Shown here: positions 1-8,613 of the stretch, in pieces
How the letters are laid out: every line of letters starts with the position of its first letter
Position numbering within the stretch: position 1 is the stretch's first letter
Assembly: GCA_037128175.1 (NCBI GenBank)
Contig: JBAXWY010000006.1
Coordinates: 28,858 to 92,857, forward strand
Reading direction: 5' to 3'
DNA: 64,000 nt
Origin: Methanothrix sp.
Lineage (GTDB): Archaea; Halobacteriota; Methanosarcinia; Methanotrichales; Methanotrichaceae
Notes under the pieces: generated by a model
Told to the model about the DNA's origin: nothing
Seen by the model: the letters and a program-made list of their open reading frames with translations, nothing else
Database searches by the model: none
Translations under genes and position numbers: made by a program

Positions 1-730
1 AGCCGCCCTTGTGCAGCACGGTGTCGCCAAGCTCCGTGTCCCGCTCCATCGATCCCGTGCAGGGGTAGGAATGATGCGCCTCAGAGATCCTCTCCCGGAT
101 GTCGGGCTGATCCGGCTCCAGGCCCAGGAGACGCTTGGCCACAAACCAGGTGGAGCCGCAGGGCGCTGTGCGCAGCACACTAGCTGCCAGGATGTGGTCT
201 TTTCCCGCCCGGCTCTTTTGCACCGTCACATCGATTAAGGGATCGCCAATGCCGGCCTCCATGAGAAAGGCATAAATGTTCGGCTTGGCCGGATCAGGAA
301 CCAGGGCGCAAAAGGGCTTGGCAAAGGCCGCCTCCATCCCGAGCTCCTTAGCCTTCTCCTCCAGTTGCGTTCTCTGGCCCAAAGGAAGATCGCGAGGCGA
401 CTCCGAGCCGCCCACAATGCCCTTCACGCCCGCCTCCTTCAGTTTGGGAAGCAGGCCGAAGAGAATGTCGGGATGAACATTTATGACGAGAGCAATGTCC
501 GCGACAGGGATGTTCTGGGGCAGTAGTGGTTCCACATCATCAATGAAGTCCCCCAGGGATGCTGGATCTGGCATCTCCACCAGAGAGACGATGTTCTGGG
601 CATAGCCCGGCCGGACATTCCTGCACTGGGTGCAGGCATCGGCACAGGAGATGCAAAAGCCCGAATAGTTGATGAGATTGCCCACAACCCTCTCGCCAAA
701 TTCGCCATTGTAGAATACTAGCAGCTTCAA
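1..730 (-). CDS. DUF166-family protein (3' end beyond left edge; absent from ORF track)
   Basis: Manual translation from TTG at 730 (GGTGA RBS upstream): LKLLVFYNGEFGERVVGNLINYSGFCISCADACTQC...RTAPCGSTWFVAKRL...HHSYPCTGSMERDTELGDTVLHKGG, open to position 1. The APCG, YPC.SM and GDT.LH motifs fit DUF166. Confidence 0.75.
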   Translation of the reverse strand, partial: MKLLVFYNGEFGERVVGNLINYSGFCISCADACTQCRNVRPGYAQNIVSLVEMPDPASLGDFIDDVEPLLPQNIPVADIALVINVHPDILFGLLPKLKEAGVKGIVGGSESPRDLPLGQRTQLEEKAKELGMEAAFAKPFCALVPDPAKPNIYAFLMEAGIGDPLIDVTVQKSRAGKDHILAASVLRTAPCGSTWFVAKRLLGLEPDQPDIRERISEAHHSYPCTGSMERDTELGDTVLHKGG

Positions 731-862
731 GCCTTCACCACACTATGAATAAACGCATTAACGTCTTTGATATCAAGGTATTTAGCATTGAGCGTTTCTG
801 CAAAGATACCCTTTGCAGGCACGCTGTAAGCAAATCGCGATTTTAAGGGAAAAAAACGTATT

Positions 863-1873
863 TCAGGCTGCCTTTGCCTGGCAGGCCATGTGGCGCGCTG
901 CATAGAGCAATGCAGCAAAGCCCAGGCTCATGGAGATCAATGAGATCAGACCTCCCACCAAGGGCAGCAGAGAGAGCACATTGAGGATTACAAATCCGAT
1001 CACGAAGTAGACCAGATCGCTCTGTTTCTTATTTACCCGCTCGCCAATCCACTTGCCCAGACTGAAGGAGACGAAGGTTCCGCTCAGCATGAGGGCTGCA
1101 AAGAATAGCAGAGTTGAGATCACGGCAATGGGCAGCCCCACCACCGTTACCGCCACCAGCAGCAAGGCAATAAATGAGGCAATGATCATGACGAAACCCA
1201 GCAAGGTCTTGAGCAGGGTCGAGCTTCTCACCTCGCGATCCACTGCTTGGACGATGACGGGCAGACACTTGACCAAAATCAATCCCAGAATGAAGTAGCC
1301 AAGCATGGCCAGCAGGCTGAAGATGTTAAAGCCCATATCATAATCCTCGTTCTTTTGAGATTGATCTTCTACCTTGTGGAAATTCACCTTTCCCGCCGAG
1401 CCGGTGTTATTGAATTGGTTGGCGCTGACGGTGAGGGTGCCGTTTACCTGTCCCGCGTTAACCACCTGGCCGCCGCCGATGAGAGCATCTCTCTCAATTG
1501 TATTGCCGGGAAGGATGTTCACCTGGCCGCCTAGAGCCACCAGATTGGTGCCGATGTTGCCGCCCAGGTTGACATTTCCGCCCGCAGCTACAACCTTTCC
1601 CCCCACGTTCGCGTTGACATAAACCTGGCCACCGGCGGCGATTACATCCCCCTTCACCGGGGCATTGATGTTCACAGTGCCGCCGGCAACTATGGCCGAG
1701 TCCACCGGGGCATTGATGCTCACCATGTTGCCCGCTGCGATGATGTCGTCGGCAACAGCCGTGTCTACAGAGATTGTATCACCAGAAAAAACCTGCAATG
1801 CCTGCCCTGGTGAGCAGAGCAGAACAAGAGTCATCAAAACGAGAATTGCTTTAATACACTTCATCCCATTCAC
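863..1873 (-). CDS. Membrane protein with bactofilin-like/polymer-forming beta-helix repeats and C-terminal TM bundle
   Basis: Signal peptide, repeated (A)GGxVxIxxxVxGD motifs, then about 5 hydrophobic helices. Confidence 0.7.
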   Translation of the reverse strand: MNGMKCIKAILVLMTLVLLCSPGQALQVFSGDTISVDTAVADDIIAAGNMVSINAPVDSAIVAGGTVNINAPVKGDVIAAGGQVYVNANVGGKVVAAGGNVNLGGNIGTNLVALGGQVNILPGNTIERDALIGGGQVVNAGQVNGTLTVSANQFNNTGSAGKVNFHKVEDQSQKNEDYDMGFNIFSLLAMLGYFILGLILVKCLPVIVQAVDREVRSSTLLKTLLGFVMIIASFIALLLVAVTVVGLPIAVISTLLFFAALMLSGTFVSFSLGKWIGERVNKKQSDLVYFVIGFVILNVLSLLPLVGGLISLISMSLGFAALLYAARHMACQAKAA

Positions 1874-2008
1874 CTCAATTAAATTGCATTTTATCCAATA
1901 AATAACCCATGTATGAGTTTTATAGCATTTTTTCGTTTTGTTATTTATTGAATCAGAAAAGATTTATCATACAATTGCTCGTAGAATAATTTGTATGGGA
2001 GGCATGGT

Positions 2009-2575
2009 TTGAAAATCGCGGTAGACATTGACGGGGTTCTGGCAGACCAAGTCAGTGCGGTTCTTTTGGAAATTGAAAAAGATTATGGACAGACGTATTG
2101 CAAGAGCGATATTAATCGTGCCCACTGGAGCTTTGCGGGAATAGAGATATGGACGGAAATAGCCCGGTTGTTGGCCGACCCCGAATACGTTATGCGTGTG
2201 CCGTTGATCGAGGGCTCTCAAAAAGCCATAAAGCAGCTTTGCAGGCATGATCTTCTTGTGGTAACGGCCAGACGGCCCAATGCCGAGGAGGCCACCAGAA
2301 GATGGCTGAACTGGCACTTTCCCAGCCTCACGCAATACTATCATGCCAGGACCGGCACCAAGCATAATATACCCTCCGACGTGCTGATCGATGACCTGGA
2401 TATGAACATCGTAGAATTTGTCAGAAGCGATCCCAATCGACGAGGAATTCTTTTCCTGCACCCCTGGAGCTTAAACGGCACAGATATTGAAGATTATTCC
2501 GATCGAGTCTACTATTGCCCGCAATGGCATAGTGTTGTGAAAGCTATAGATGATATTATGGACGATCAACCTTGA
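2009..2575 (+). CDS. HAD-superfamily 5'(3')-nucleotidase (NT5C-like)
   Basis: IAVDIDGVLAD motif I, VTAR motif II, LIDD motif IV; GGAGG RBS before TTG at 2009. Confidence 0.8.
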   Translation: MKIAVDIDGVLADQVSAVLLEIEKDYGQTYCKSDINRAHWSFAGIEIWTEIARLLADPEYVMRVPLIEGSQKAIKQLCRHDLLVVTARRPNAEEATRRWLNWHFPSLTQYYHARTGTKHNIPSDVLIDDLDMNIVEFVRSDPNRRGILFLHPWSLNGTDIEDYSDRVYYCPQWHSVVKAIDDIMDDQP

Positions 2576-5148
2576 AAAGACTGCCACAGCTGCTCGCCCC
2601 CGCCGGTTCACCGATGGCTCTGCATGCAGCCATCGCCGCTGGTGCCGATGCCGTTTACCTGAGCGGCAAGAGATTTGGGGCACGAAAATTTGCCGCAAAC
2701 TTTGATGAGCCCGACTTAGCTAGGGCTATAGACTACGCCCACCTCCGGAACGTAAAAGTCTATGTGACAGTCAACACCCTCATCAGAGAAAATGAGCTCT
2801 ACGATGTGGCTGTGTATCTTATCCGCCTTTTTGAGATGGGGGTAGATGCCGTGCTGCTACAGGATCTGGGGCTAGGCCTGCTGGCAGGCCGCATGGTGCC
2901 AGAGCTGGAGAGGCACGCCTCCACCCAGATGACCATTCATAACAAAGAAGGTGCTCTCTGGGCGAACCGCGCCGGATTTAAGAGAGCCGTCCTGGCCAGA
3001 GAGGTCGGGCTGGATCAGATAAAAACGATGGGGCAAGAGTTGGAGAATGAGAAGGATACAGCCACGCAGGCAATCGGCCTGGAGGTTTTCGTGCACGGCG
3101 CTCTATGCTACTCTTACTCCGGGCAGTGCCTTCTCTCCTCGGCCATCGGCGGGCGCAGCGGCAACCGGGGCATGTGCGCCCAGCCCTGTAGAAAGCCCTA
3201 CGTGCTGCTCAGAGGAGAAAAAGACATTTACGGCAGGCCGACCGGCCTGGCAGCCCAGCCGCAAAGAGAGCGTTTTCTCATATCCACCCGCGACCTTTGC
3301 GTTTACCGGCATCTGGACAGGATCGTCCGCTCGCCGATAGAGTCCCTGAAGATTGAAGGGAGGATGAAGTCCCCGGAGTACGTGGCCATTGTAACCAGCA
3401 TTTACAAAAGAGCCCTGCAGGCCATTGCCAAAGGCAAGTGGTCGCCGTCTTCTGAGGATGAAAGAGACCTGGCCTTGTCCTTCAACCGCGACTTCACGAA
3501 TGGCCACCTGCTGGGGGCCAGGGATGTCATGGGCCGGGAGATGTCGGACAACCGGGGCGTTCTCATCGGCAGCGTGGCCTCTTTCGATGTGCAGAGAGGC
3601 GAGGCGGCAGTAAGGCTCTCCGGCCCCTTTTGCCCTGAGAAGGGCGACGGTCTGGTCTTTCTGGCTCCTGGCCAAGAGATGGGCCTGGTGGTGCAAAATG
3701 TGGTGAAAAAGGATGGCCTGCTGCGGCTGATGACGCCGGAGAGGGTGCGCCCAGGCAGCAAAGTCTATCTGACGGGCAGCACCGCTCTGGCCAAAAAAGC
3801 GCAGGAGATCATCGCCTCCGACAAGATAGAGATCCCCCTGGATTTAACCATCATCTGGCAGGAGGGCACGCCTCTGCTGCAGGCCACGCTGGAAGACGGC
3901 CGCATCGTTCAGGTCAAAGCCGCCTTTAAAATGGAAAAGGCCAAAAATCAGCCCACTTCCCGGCAGCAGATCGTTTCGCAGATGCTGCGAACGGGTGGAA
4001 CGCCTTTTGTCGTCCAAAAGATTGCCATGGACTACGCCGGGGATCTTTTCGCTCCCTTAGGTGCCTTAAACCAGGCTCGGCGTGATCTCTTGGAAAAGGT
4101 GCAAGAGGCCCTTTTAGAAAAGAGACGCCCCACCAAGGAGAAGGTAGAGAGAGCGCGAGATATATTGAAAGAACTGAACCTGTCTGCCTCTACGTTTCCA
4201 GCCTCTACTGGTCCCACCTCCAATGCCCCGACCACATCGATGGCCCGCATACCTTCACTGGCCGTCTATGCCGATAGCCTGGAGACTGTGAGGGGCGCCG
4301 TGGAAGGAGGATGCCAGCGAGTTTACTTTGAGCCCGTCCTGGGATGGGAAGAGAAAGACCGGGCAACAAAGGCCGCGAAGATGATAGAAGAGGCAAAAAC
4401 AATCTGCGGAAAAGTGCCGCTGATCTGGAAGTGGCCCAAAATCACGCACGCAAATTTCTTCAACTTTGCCGGGCCTATGTTGCTGGCCAAGGCAAATGTC
4501 GATGGGGTCATGGTGGAGAACGTAGGAGCAGTGCAGGCCGTTATGCAAGCTGCCCCCGATGTCCATATTTATGGAGCCTCCGGCCTCAACGTCTGCAATC
4601 ACCTGACTGTGCAGGCGTTAGCTTCGCCCTTAGAGCAACTCACCCTCTCGCCGGAGCTGTCCGCCCGGCAACTGGCCGATACCGTAGCCGCTGTGCGCCT
4701 TATCCCGGACGCGCCCCAGATGGAGCTGATGGTGCAGGGTAGCCAGGAGGTAATGGTAGCCGAGGACTGCATGCCCCTTCCGGCCAACGGAGAATATGAT
4801 GCAAAAGAATTCTGGGGGCTGCAGGACATGAGACGCATCTTTCCCCTGCGCCTGGATGATGATAAGAGGACGCATATCTTTAACTCCGCCGAGACCTGCC
4901 TGCTCGACCAGATGCCCGAGATCTTCGCCATCGATCTAGATGGTGTGGCCGTGGACGCACGGGGCCGGACGGGAGAGTACGCCCGCGAGATGACAAAGAT
5001 TTACAAAAAGGCCATAGATCTTACCGAGAGGGGAGGCGGGACTCTCCGCCAGGATCTGGAAAGCCTGAAGGAGTCTATACGGCCCCTGGCTCTGGGGGGC
5101 ATAACCCACGGCCACTTCCAGAAGGGGCTGAAGGATGAGATCACTTAG
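2572..5148 (+). CDS. U32 peptidase family protein with DUF3656 (RlhA-like RNA hydroxylation protein)
   Basis: LLAPAG, GADAVY, HASTQ, EVFVHGALCYSYSGQC, NRGMCAQPCR and SLKIEGRMK motifs. Confidence 0.85.
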   Translation: MKRLPQLLAPAGSPMALHAAIAAGADAVYLSGKRFGARKFAANFDEPDLARAIDYAHLRNVKVYVTVNTLIRENELYDVAVYLIRLFEMGVDAVLLQDLGLGLLAGRMVPELERHASTQMTIHNKEGALWANRAGFKRAVLAREVGLDQIKTMGQELENEKDTATQAIGLEVFVHGALCYSYSGQCLLSSAIGGRSGNRGMCAQPCRKPYVLLRGEKDIYGRPTGLAAQPQRERFLISTRDLCVYRHLDRIVRSPIESLKIEGRMKSPEYVAIVTSIYKRALQAIAKGKWSPSSEDERDLALSFNRDFTNGHLLGARDVMGREMSDNRGVLIGSVASFDVQRGEAAVRLSGPFCPEKGDGLVFLAPGQEMGLVVQNVVKKDGLLRLMTPERVRPGSKVYLTGSTALAKKAQEIIASDKIEIPLDLTIIWQEGTPLLQATLEDGRIVQVKAAFKMEKAKNQPTSRQQIVSQMLRTGGTPFVVQKIAMDYAGDLFAPLGALNQARRDLLEKVQEALLEKRRPTKEKVERARDILKELNLSASTFPASTGPTSNAPTTSMARIPSLAVYADSLETVRGAVEGGCQRVYFEPVLGWEEKDRATKAAKMIEEAKTICGKVPLIWKWPKITHANFFNFAGPMLLAKANVDGVMVENVGAVQAVMQAAPDVHIYGASGLNVCNHLTVQALASPLEQLTLSPELSARQLADTVAAVRLIPDAPQMELMVQGSQEVMVAEDCMPLPANGEYDAKEFWGLQDMRRIFPLRLDDDKRTHIFNSAETCLLDQMPEIFAIDLDGVAVDARGRTGEYAREMTKIYKKAIDLTERGGGTLRQDLESLKESIRPLALGGITHGHFQKGLKDEIT

Positions 5149-5154
5149 GGCAGA

Positions 5155-5457
5155 TCAGAGGACATAATCCACCACTATCCGGCTCTCACATACTTTGCCG
5201 ACAAAGTTTGCCACCAAAATGTGTTCAGGCTGCTTCTGATAGCTGTAAAGGGCTTCTTTGCTCTCGAATTCTGAAACGAGGACCAGATCATAGGCCACGC
5301 CCGCCTCCAGAAAGTTGATGCCCACCTCGAAGAACTTAATCTCCTCGATTTGGGCAGGTAGGGCTTCCAGCTTAGCCTTCAGCACCTTGATATTTGCCGC
5401 CTTATCCCTGCCCTCGGCCCATTCTTTGAGCTTGAACATAACGATATGCTTGATCAT
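5155..5457 (-). CDS. Dabb family stress-responsive A/B barrel protein
   Basis: MIKHIVMFKLK...YDLVLVSEFES.EAL..YQ..PEH...RIVVDY. Confidence 0.85.
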   Translation of the reverse strand: MIKHIVMFKLKEWAEGRDKAANIKVLKAKLEALPAQIEEIKFFEVGINFLEAGVAYDLVLVSEFESKEALYSYQKQPEHILVANFVGKVCESRIVVDYVL

Positions 5458-5523
5458 CCGCAAAAGCCTCCCTGCTACCAGGAACAATTCCTCTATTGCG
5501 GTCACATGCTTAGTTTATAACGA

Positions 5524-6421
5524 TAATGGTTTTCCCGGTGAGCAAAGGGCATGCGACTTGTACGCTGCCTGCTTGGCAAAAAGGGCAGCACTGGAGCGAA
5601 GAGGAAGAATAAGGAGGGAGGCAAAAGTCGTCTGGATGTAGGAGGGAGAAAATAGCCATCGACTTTCGCCAATACACTATACGTCAGTTGACGATATTTA
5701 AGGATTTCCGTCAAGAAAGGTCAAGAGCCAGGAATCCTTACCAAAGAAGATAACAGAAAAGAGCGAAATCAAGATATCAGGCAGGCCAGCGCCGAAAGCC
5801 ACAGCGTCCCTTTTGAAGGAGCCAGTCACCGCAGTGATGGCCTGACCCTGCCCGAAGCCCGACTAAAAGCCGGAAGGCGGCAGAGCACTGGAATTTGACA
5901 CAGCGTCCGTTTTAAAGGAACCCGTTCTCATGGGGCCTCGTGCTCGCCTTACGCCAATGGTTTGCGTCGCGCTCCTGTTTCCCGGTCGTGTATTAGCGTG
6001 AGAGATCCCGGCGGATTGCTAGGCCGTTTATGGCATGCAACTTTCAGCCACCGGATCATTTTACTCACAGGCTCCATAGCCCGAATGCATTGCCACGAAG
6101 GCATGCATCTCCTGAAACAGAGCATTATCGGAATTGCGGTTAAGCCCACGACACGCCCGCCAACCCTTGCAGTACGCGACGAACTATCTATATGATCGTT
6201 ATAGATATTTGTAGTTTGCGGCTGAGCCTGGGAAGGGATGAAAAGGAGACGAAGGCACATCCAAACAAGCACTTGCCGTGCGAAAAGACCAGACGGACCA
6301 GGTGCTTGAGGTACGTCGCGAACCTCCATTATCTCGCCCTGATATTACCTGCGACGACCAATAATGGGTTCAATCTACTACCTATTCACCTCGAACTACA
6401 AAACAGGAGAGCAAACCATTA
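5524..6421 (+). ncRNA. Candidate large structured non-coding RNA (family not recognised)
   Basis: No credible CDS. About 15 complementary segments found by eye, G-U pairs favour the + strand, linkers are A/G-rich, and the ends are complementary (TAATGGTTT/AAACCATTA). See findings. Confidence 0.5.
5800..5919 (+). repeat. 21-nt imperfect direct repeat x2
   Basis: CACAGCGTCCCTTTTGAAGGA (5800-5820) and CACAGCGTCCGTTTTAAAGGA (5899-5919), 19/21 identical. Confidence 0.85.
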
Positions 6422-6502
6422 ATTAGCCATGAAGTCATAGTAATAGAGCGTGGCATGGATTAAAGAAATGAAATGAAATATGTGAATTTAAGGGTAAGTG
6501 AT

Positions 6503-6784
6503 ATGAAGAACTCGATAATATTAGGCTTAATATTCGTGTTGTTGGCAGGCAGCTCTTTTGCCGTACCTTTGCAGCTAAGCGGGGACTCTGGCCGGGCCAT
6601 TCTCGGCACAATTGATCTAAACAACAGCACCAACATGGCCAACACCACCAATGAGACACAGCTGTGGAGCTGGGGAAAGCTGCCCATCGGCCATTTTATT
6701 AATGCTTCCGGAAAGCTGGCGGCCAACCCCCTCAATGACGATAGTTTAGTGATCGTGCCGCCACGTTCTGATGCAATGAATTAA
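6503..6784 (+). CDS. Small secreted hypothetical protein
   Basis: MKNSIILGLIFVLLAGSSFA signal peptide; LSGDSGRAIL and LWSWGKLP.G motifs. Confidence 0.65.
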   Translation: MKNSIILGLIFVLLAGSSFAVPLQLSGDSGRAILGTIDLNNSTNMANTTNETQLWSWGKLPIGHFINASGKLAANPLNDDSLVIVPPRSDAMN

Positions 6785-6795
6785 AAAAAGTGTAG

Positions 6796-6869
6796 CGGAC
6801 CCGCCGGGATTCGAACCCGGGTCCGAGGCTCCGGAGGCCTCTATTCTATCCAGACTATACTACGAGTCC
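6796..6869 (-). tRNA. tRNA-Arg(CCG)
   Basis: Cloverleaf: acceptor GGACTCG/CGGGTCC, anticodon arm GAGGC-CT-CCG-GA-GCCTC, T-arm CCGGG-TTCGAAT-CCCGG. No intron, CCA not encoded. Confidence 0.95.
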
Positions 6870-6889
6870 ATTATGAGTAAAATTTTAGA

Positions 6890-6897
6890 ATATATAA
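6890..6897 (-). promoter_or_regulatory. Putative TATA box of tRNA-Arg
   Basis: TTATATAT on minus strand about 21-28 nt upstream of the tRNA 5' end. Confidence 0.5.
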
Positions 6898-6942
6898 GTT
6901 AGCGGGCCCTTCAACCCACGGAAGCAGCCCCTAACTAATGAT

Positions 6943-7251
6943 TTAGCTTTCCAGCACAATCTCAATATTTACATTCTTTGGAACCTGGATTCTCATGAGC
7001 TGGCGAAGCGCCCTCTCATCAGCATCCAGATCGATGAGCCTCTTGTGCACTCTCATTTCCCAGTGATCCCAGGTGGCAGTTCCTTCGCCGTCAGGACTCT
7101 TCCTGCAGGGAACCACCATCTTTTTGGTGGGCAGCGGGATGGGCCCCGCCATGTGAACGCCTGTTCTCTGAGCTATCCCCTTTACCTGGCTGCATATATC
7201 GTCCAGCATCAAGGGATTAGTGCCGGAAAGTCGAATTCTTGCCTTCTGCAT
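6943..7251 (-). CDS. rps10: 30S ribosomal protein S10
   Basis: [33 protein letters not shown]; downstream of tuf. Confidence 0.97.
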   Translation of the reverse strand: MQKARIRLSGTNPLMLDDICSQVKGIAQRTGVHMAGPIPLPTKKMVVPCRKSPDGEGTATWDHWEMRVHKRLIDLDADERALRQLMRIQVPKNVNIEIVLES

Positions 7252-7273
7252 GTTTTAACACCAAAAAATTAGT

Positions 7274-8548
7274 TTAGCGTGGTATCACGCTGATGCACAT
7301 GCCGGCTGCGACGGTAGTGCCCATATCTCGAATGGCGAACCTTCCCAGTTGAGGAATCTCCTTCACCGGTTCAATGACCATAGGCTTGGAGGGAGTAACC
7401 ATGATGATGGCCGCATCTCCAGCCTTGATGAAGGCAGGATTCTCTTCCTTGACCGCGCCGGACCTTGGATCCAGCTTGGCCAGAATGGCAGTGAGGGTGC
7501 ACGCGATCTGCGCGGTATGGCAGTGGAACACCGGGGTGTATCCCGCCGATATGGCGCTGGGGTGCTGCAACACTACGATCTGGGCCTTGAACTCCTTGGC
7601 CACGGTCGGGGGCTTAGCTACCGATCCGCAAACGTCGCCGCGACGAATGTCGTTCTTGGCGACACCGCGCACGTTCCATCCGATGTTGTCGCCGGGGAAT
7701 GCCTCGGAGACTTCCTCGTGATGCATCTCAATGGACTTGACCTCGCCAGTAGATCCGGCGGGCTCGAAGATGATCTTGTCGTTCTTTCTCATGACGCCCG
7801 TCTCAACACGGCCCACAGGCACCGTACCCACGCCAGATATGGTGTAGACATCCTGCACCGGTACGCGCAGAGGCAAATTGGTCGGCTTCGCGGGCACCTT
7901 GAGGTTGTTCAGGGCTTCCAGAAGGGTTGGGCCCTTGTACCACTTCAGGTTGTCACTGGGCTTGGAAAGGTTGTCTCCCATCAGGCCGGATATGGGCACG
8001 AAGGGTATATCCTCCACCTTGAATCCAACCATCTTGAGCAGCTTGCCTACCTCTTCCTTGACCTCGTTGAATCTCTTCTCGTCGAAGGGCGGGGTGGTGG
8101 CATCGATCTTGTTCATGCCCACAACAAGCTGGCTGACTCCCAGTGTCCTGGAAAGGAAGACGTGCTCCTTAGTCTGAGCCATGACGCCGTCCGGGACGGC
8201 CACGATCAGCACCGCGGCATCAGCCTGGCTGGCGCCGGTGATCATGTTCTTTACGAAGTCCCTGTGACCGGGGCAGTCCACCACGGTAAAGTAGAACTTG
8301 GCGGTATCGAAGCGATGATGGGCGATATCAATGGTAACGCCCCTCTCGCGCTCTTCCTTCAGGCTATCCATGACCCAGGCGAACTCGAAGGTTGCCTTTC
8401 CCTTGGATGCTGCTTCTTTCCTGTACTCATCAATGACGTGAGCGTCTACAGCTCCCGTCTCGAACATCAATCTGCCTACGGTCGTCGACTTGCCGTGATC
8501 GACGTGTCCAATGAATGCGAGATTGAGGTGTGGCTTTGCATCTGCCAT
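7274..8548 (-). CDS. tuf: Translation elongation factor 1-alpha
   Basis: [33 protein letters not shown] and GRFAIRDMG. Confidence 0.98.
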   Translation of the reverse strand: MADAKPHLNLAFIGHVDHGKSTTVGRLMFETGAVDAHVIDEYRKEAASKGKATFEFAWVMDSLKEERERGVTIDIAHHRFDTAKFYFTVVDCPGHRDFVKNMITGASQADAAVLIVAVPDGVMAQTKEHVFLSRTLGVSQLVVGMNKIDATTPPFDEKRFNEVKEEVGKLLKMVGFKVEDIPFVPISGLMGDNLSKPSDNLKWYKGPTLLEALNNLKVPAKPTNLPLRVPVQDVYTISGVGTVPVGRVETGVMRKNDKIIFEPAGSTGEVKSIEMHHEEVSEAFPGDNIGWNVRGVAKNDIRRGDVCGSVAKPPTVAKEFKAQIVVLQHPSAISAGYTPVFHCHTAQIACTLTAILAKLDPRSGAVKEENPAFIKAGDAAIIMVTPSKPMVIEPVKEIPQLGRFAIRDMGTTVAAGMCISVIPR

Positions 8549-8613
8549 AATTTATCTCCTCCAACTGGCACTATCAATATTTTTCAGTATTTCATCTTTT
8601 CTAGAGGTCGCGC

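Noticed and set aside
5800-5919. CRISPR array
   Set aside because: Only two 21-nt copies, the gap is too long for a spacer, and there are no cas genes.
5524-6421. RNase P RNA, SRP RNA or group II intron (ATGCGACTTG at 5551 resembles a GTGCG intron start)
   Set aside because: No GAGGAAAGTC-type P4, no SRP helix-8 motif and no convincing domain V on either strand; no RT/maturase nearby.
5502-6422. Short ORFs in the structured region (60-126 aa)
   Set aside because: They overlap in several frames, have atypical composition, and show no clear RBS or family motifs.
6796-6869. tRNA used as an integration site
   Set aside because: No duplicated tRNA 3' end or integrase seen in the window.
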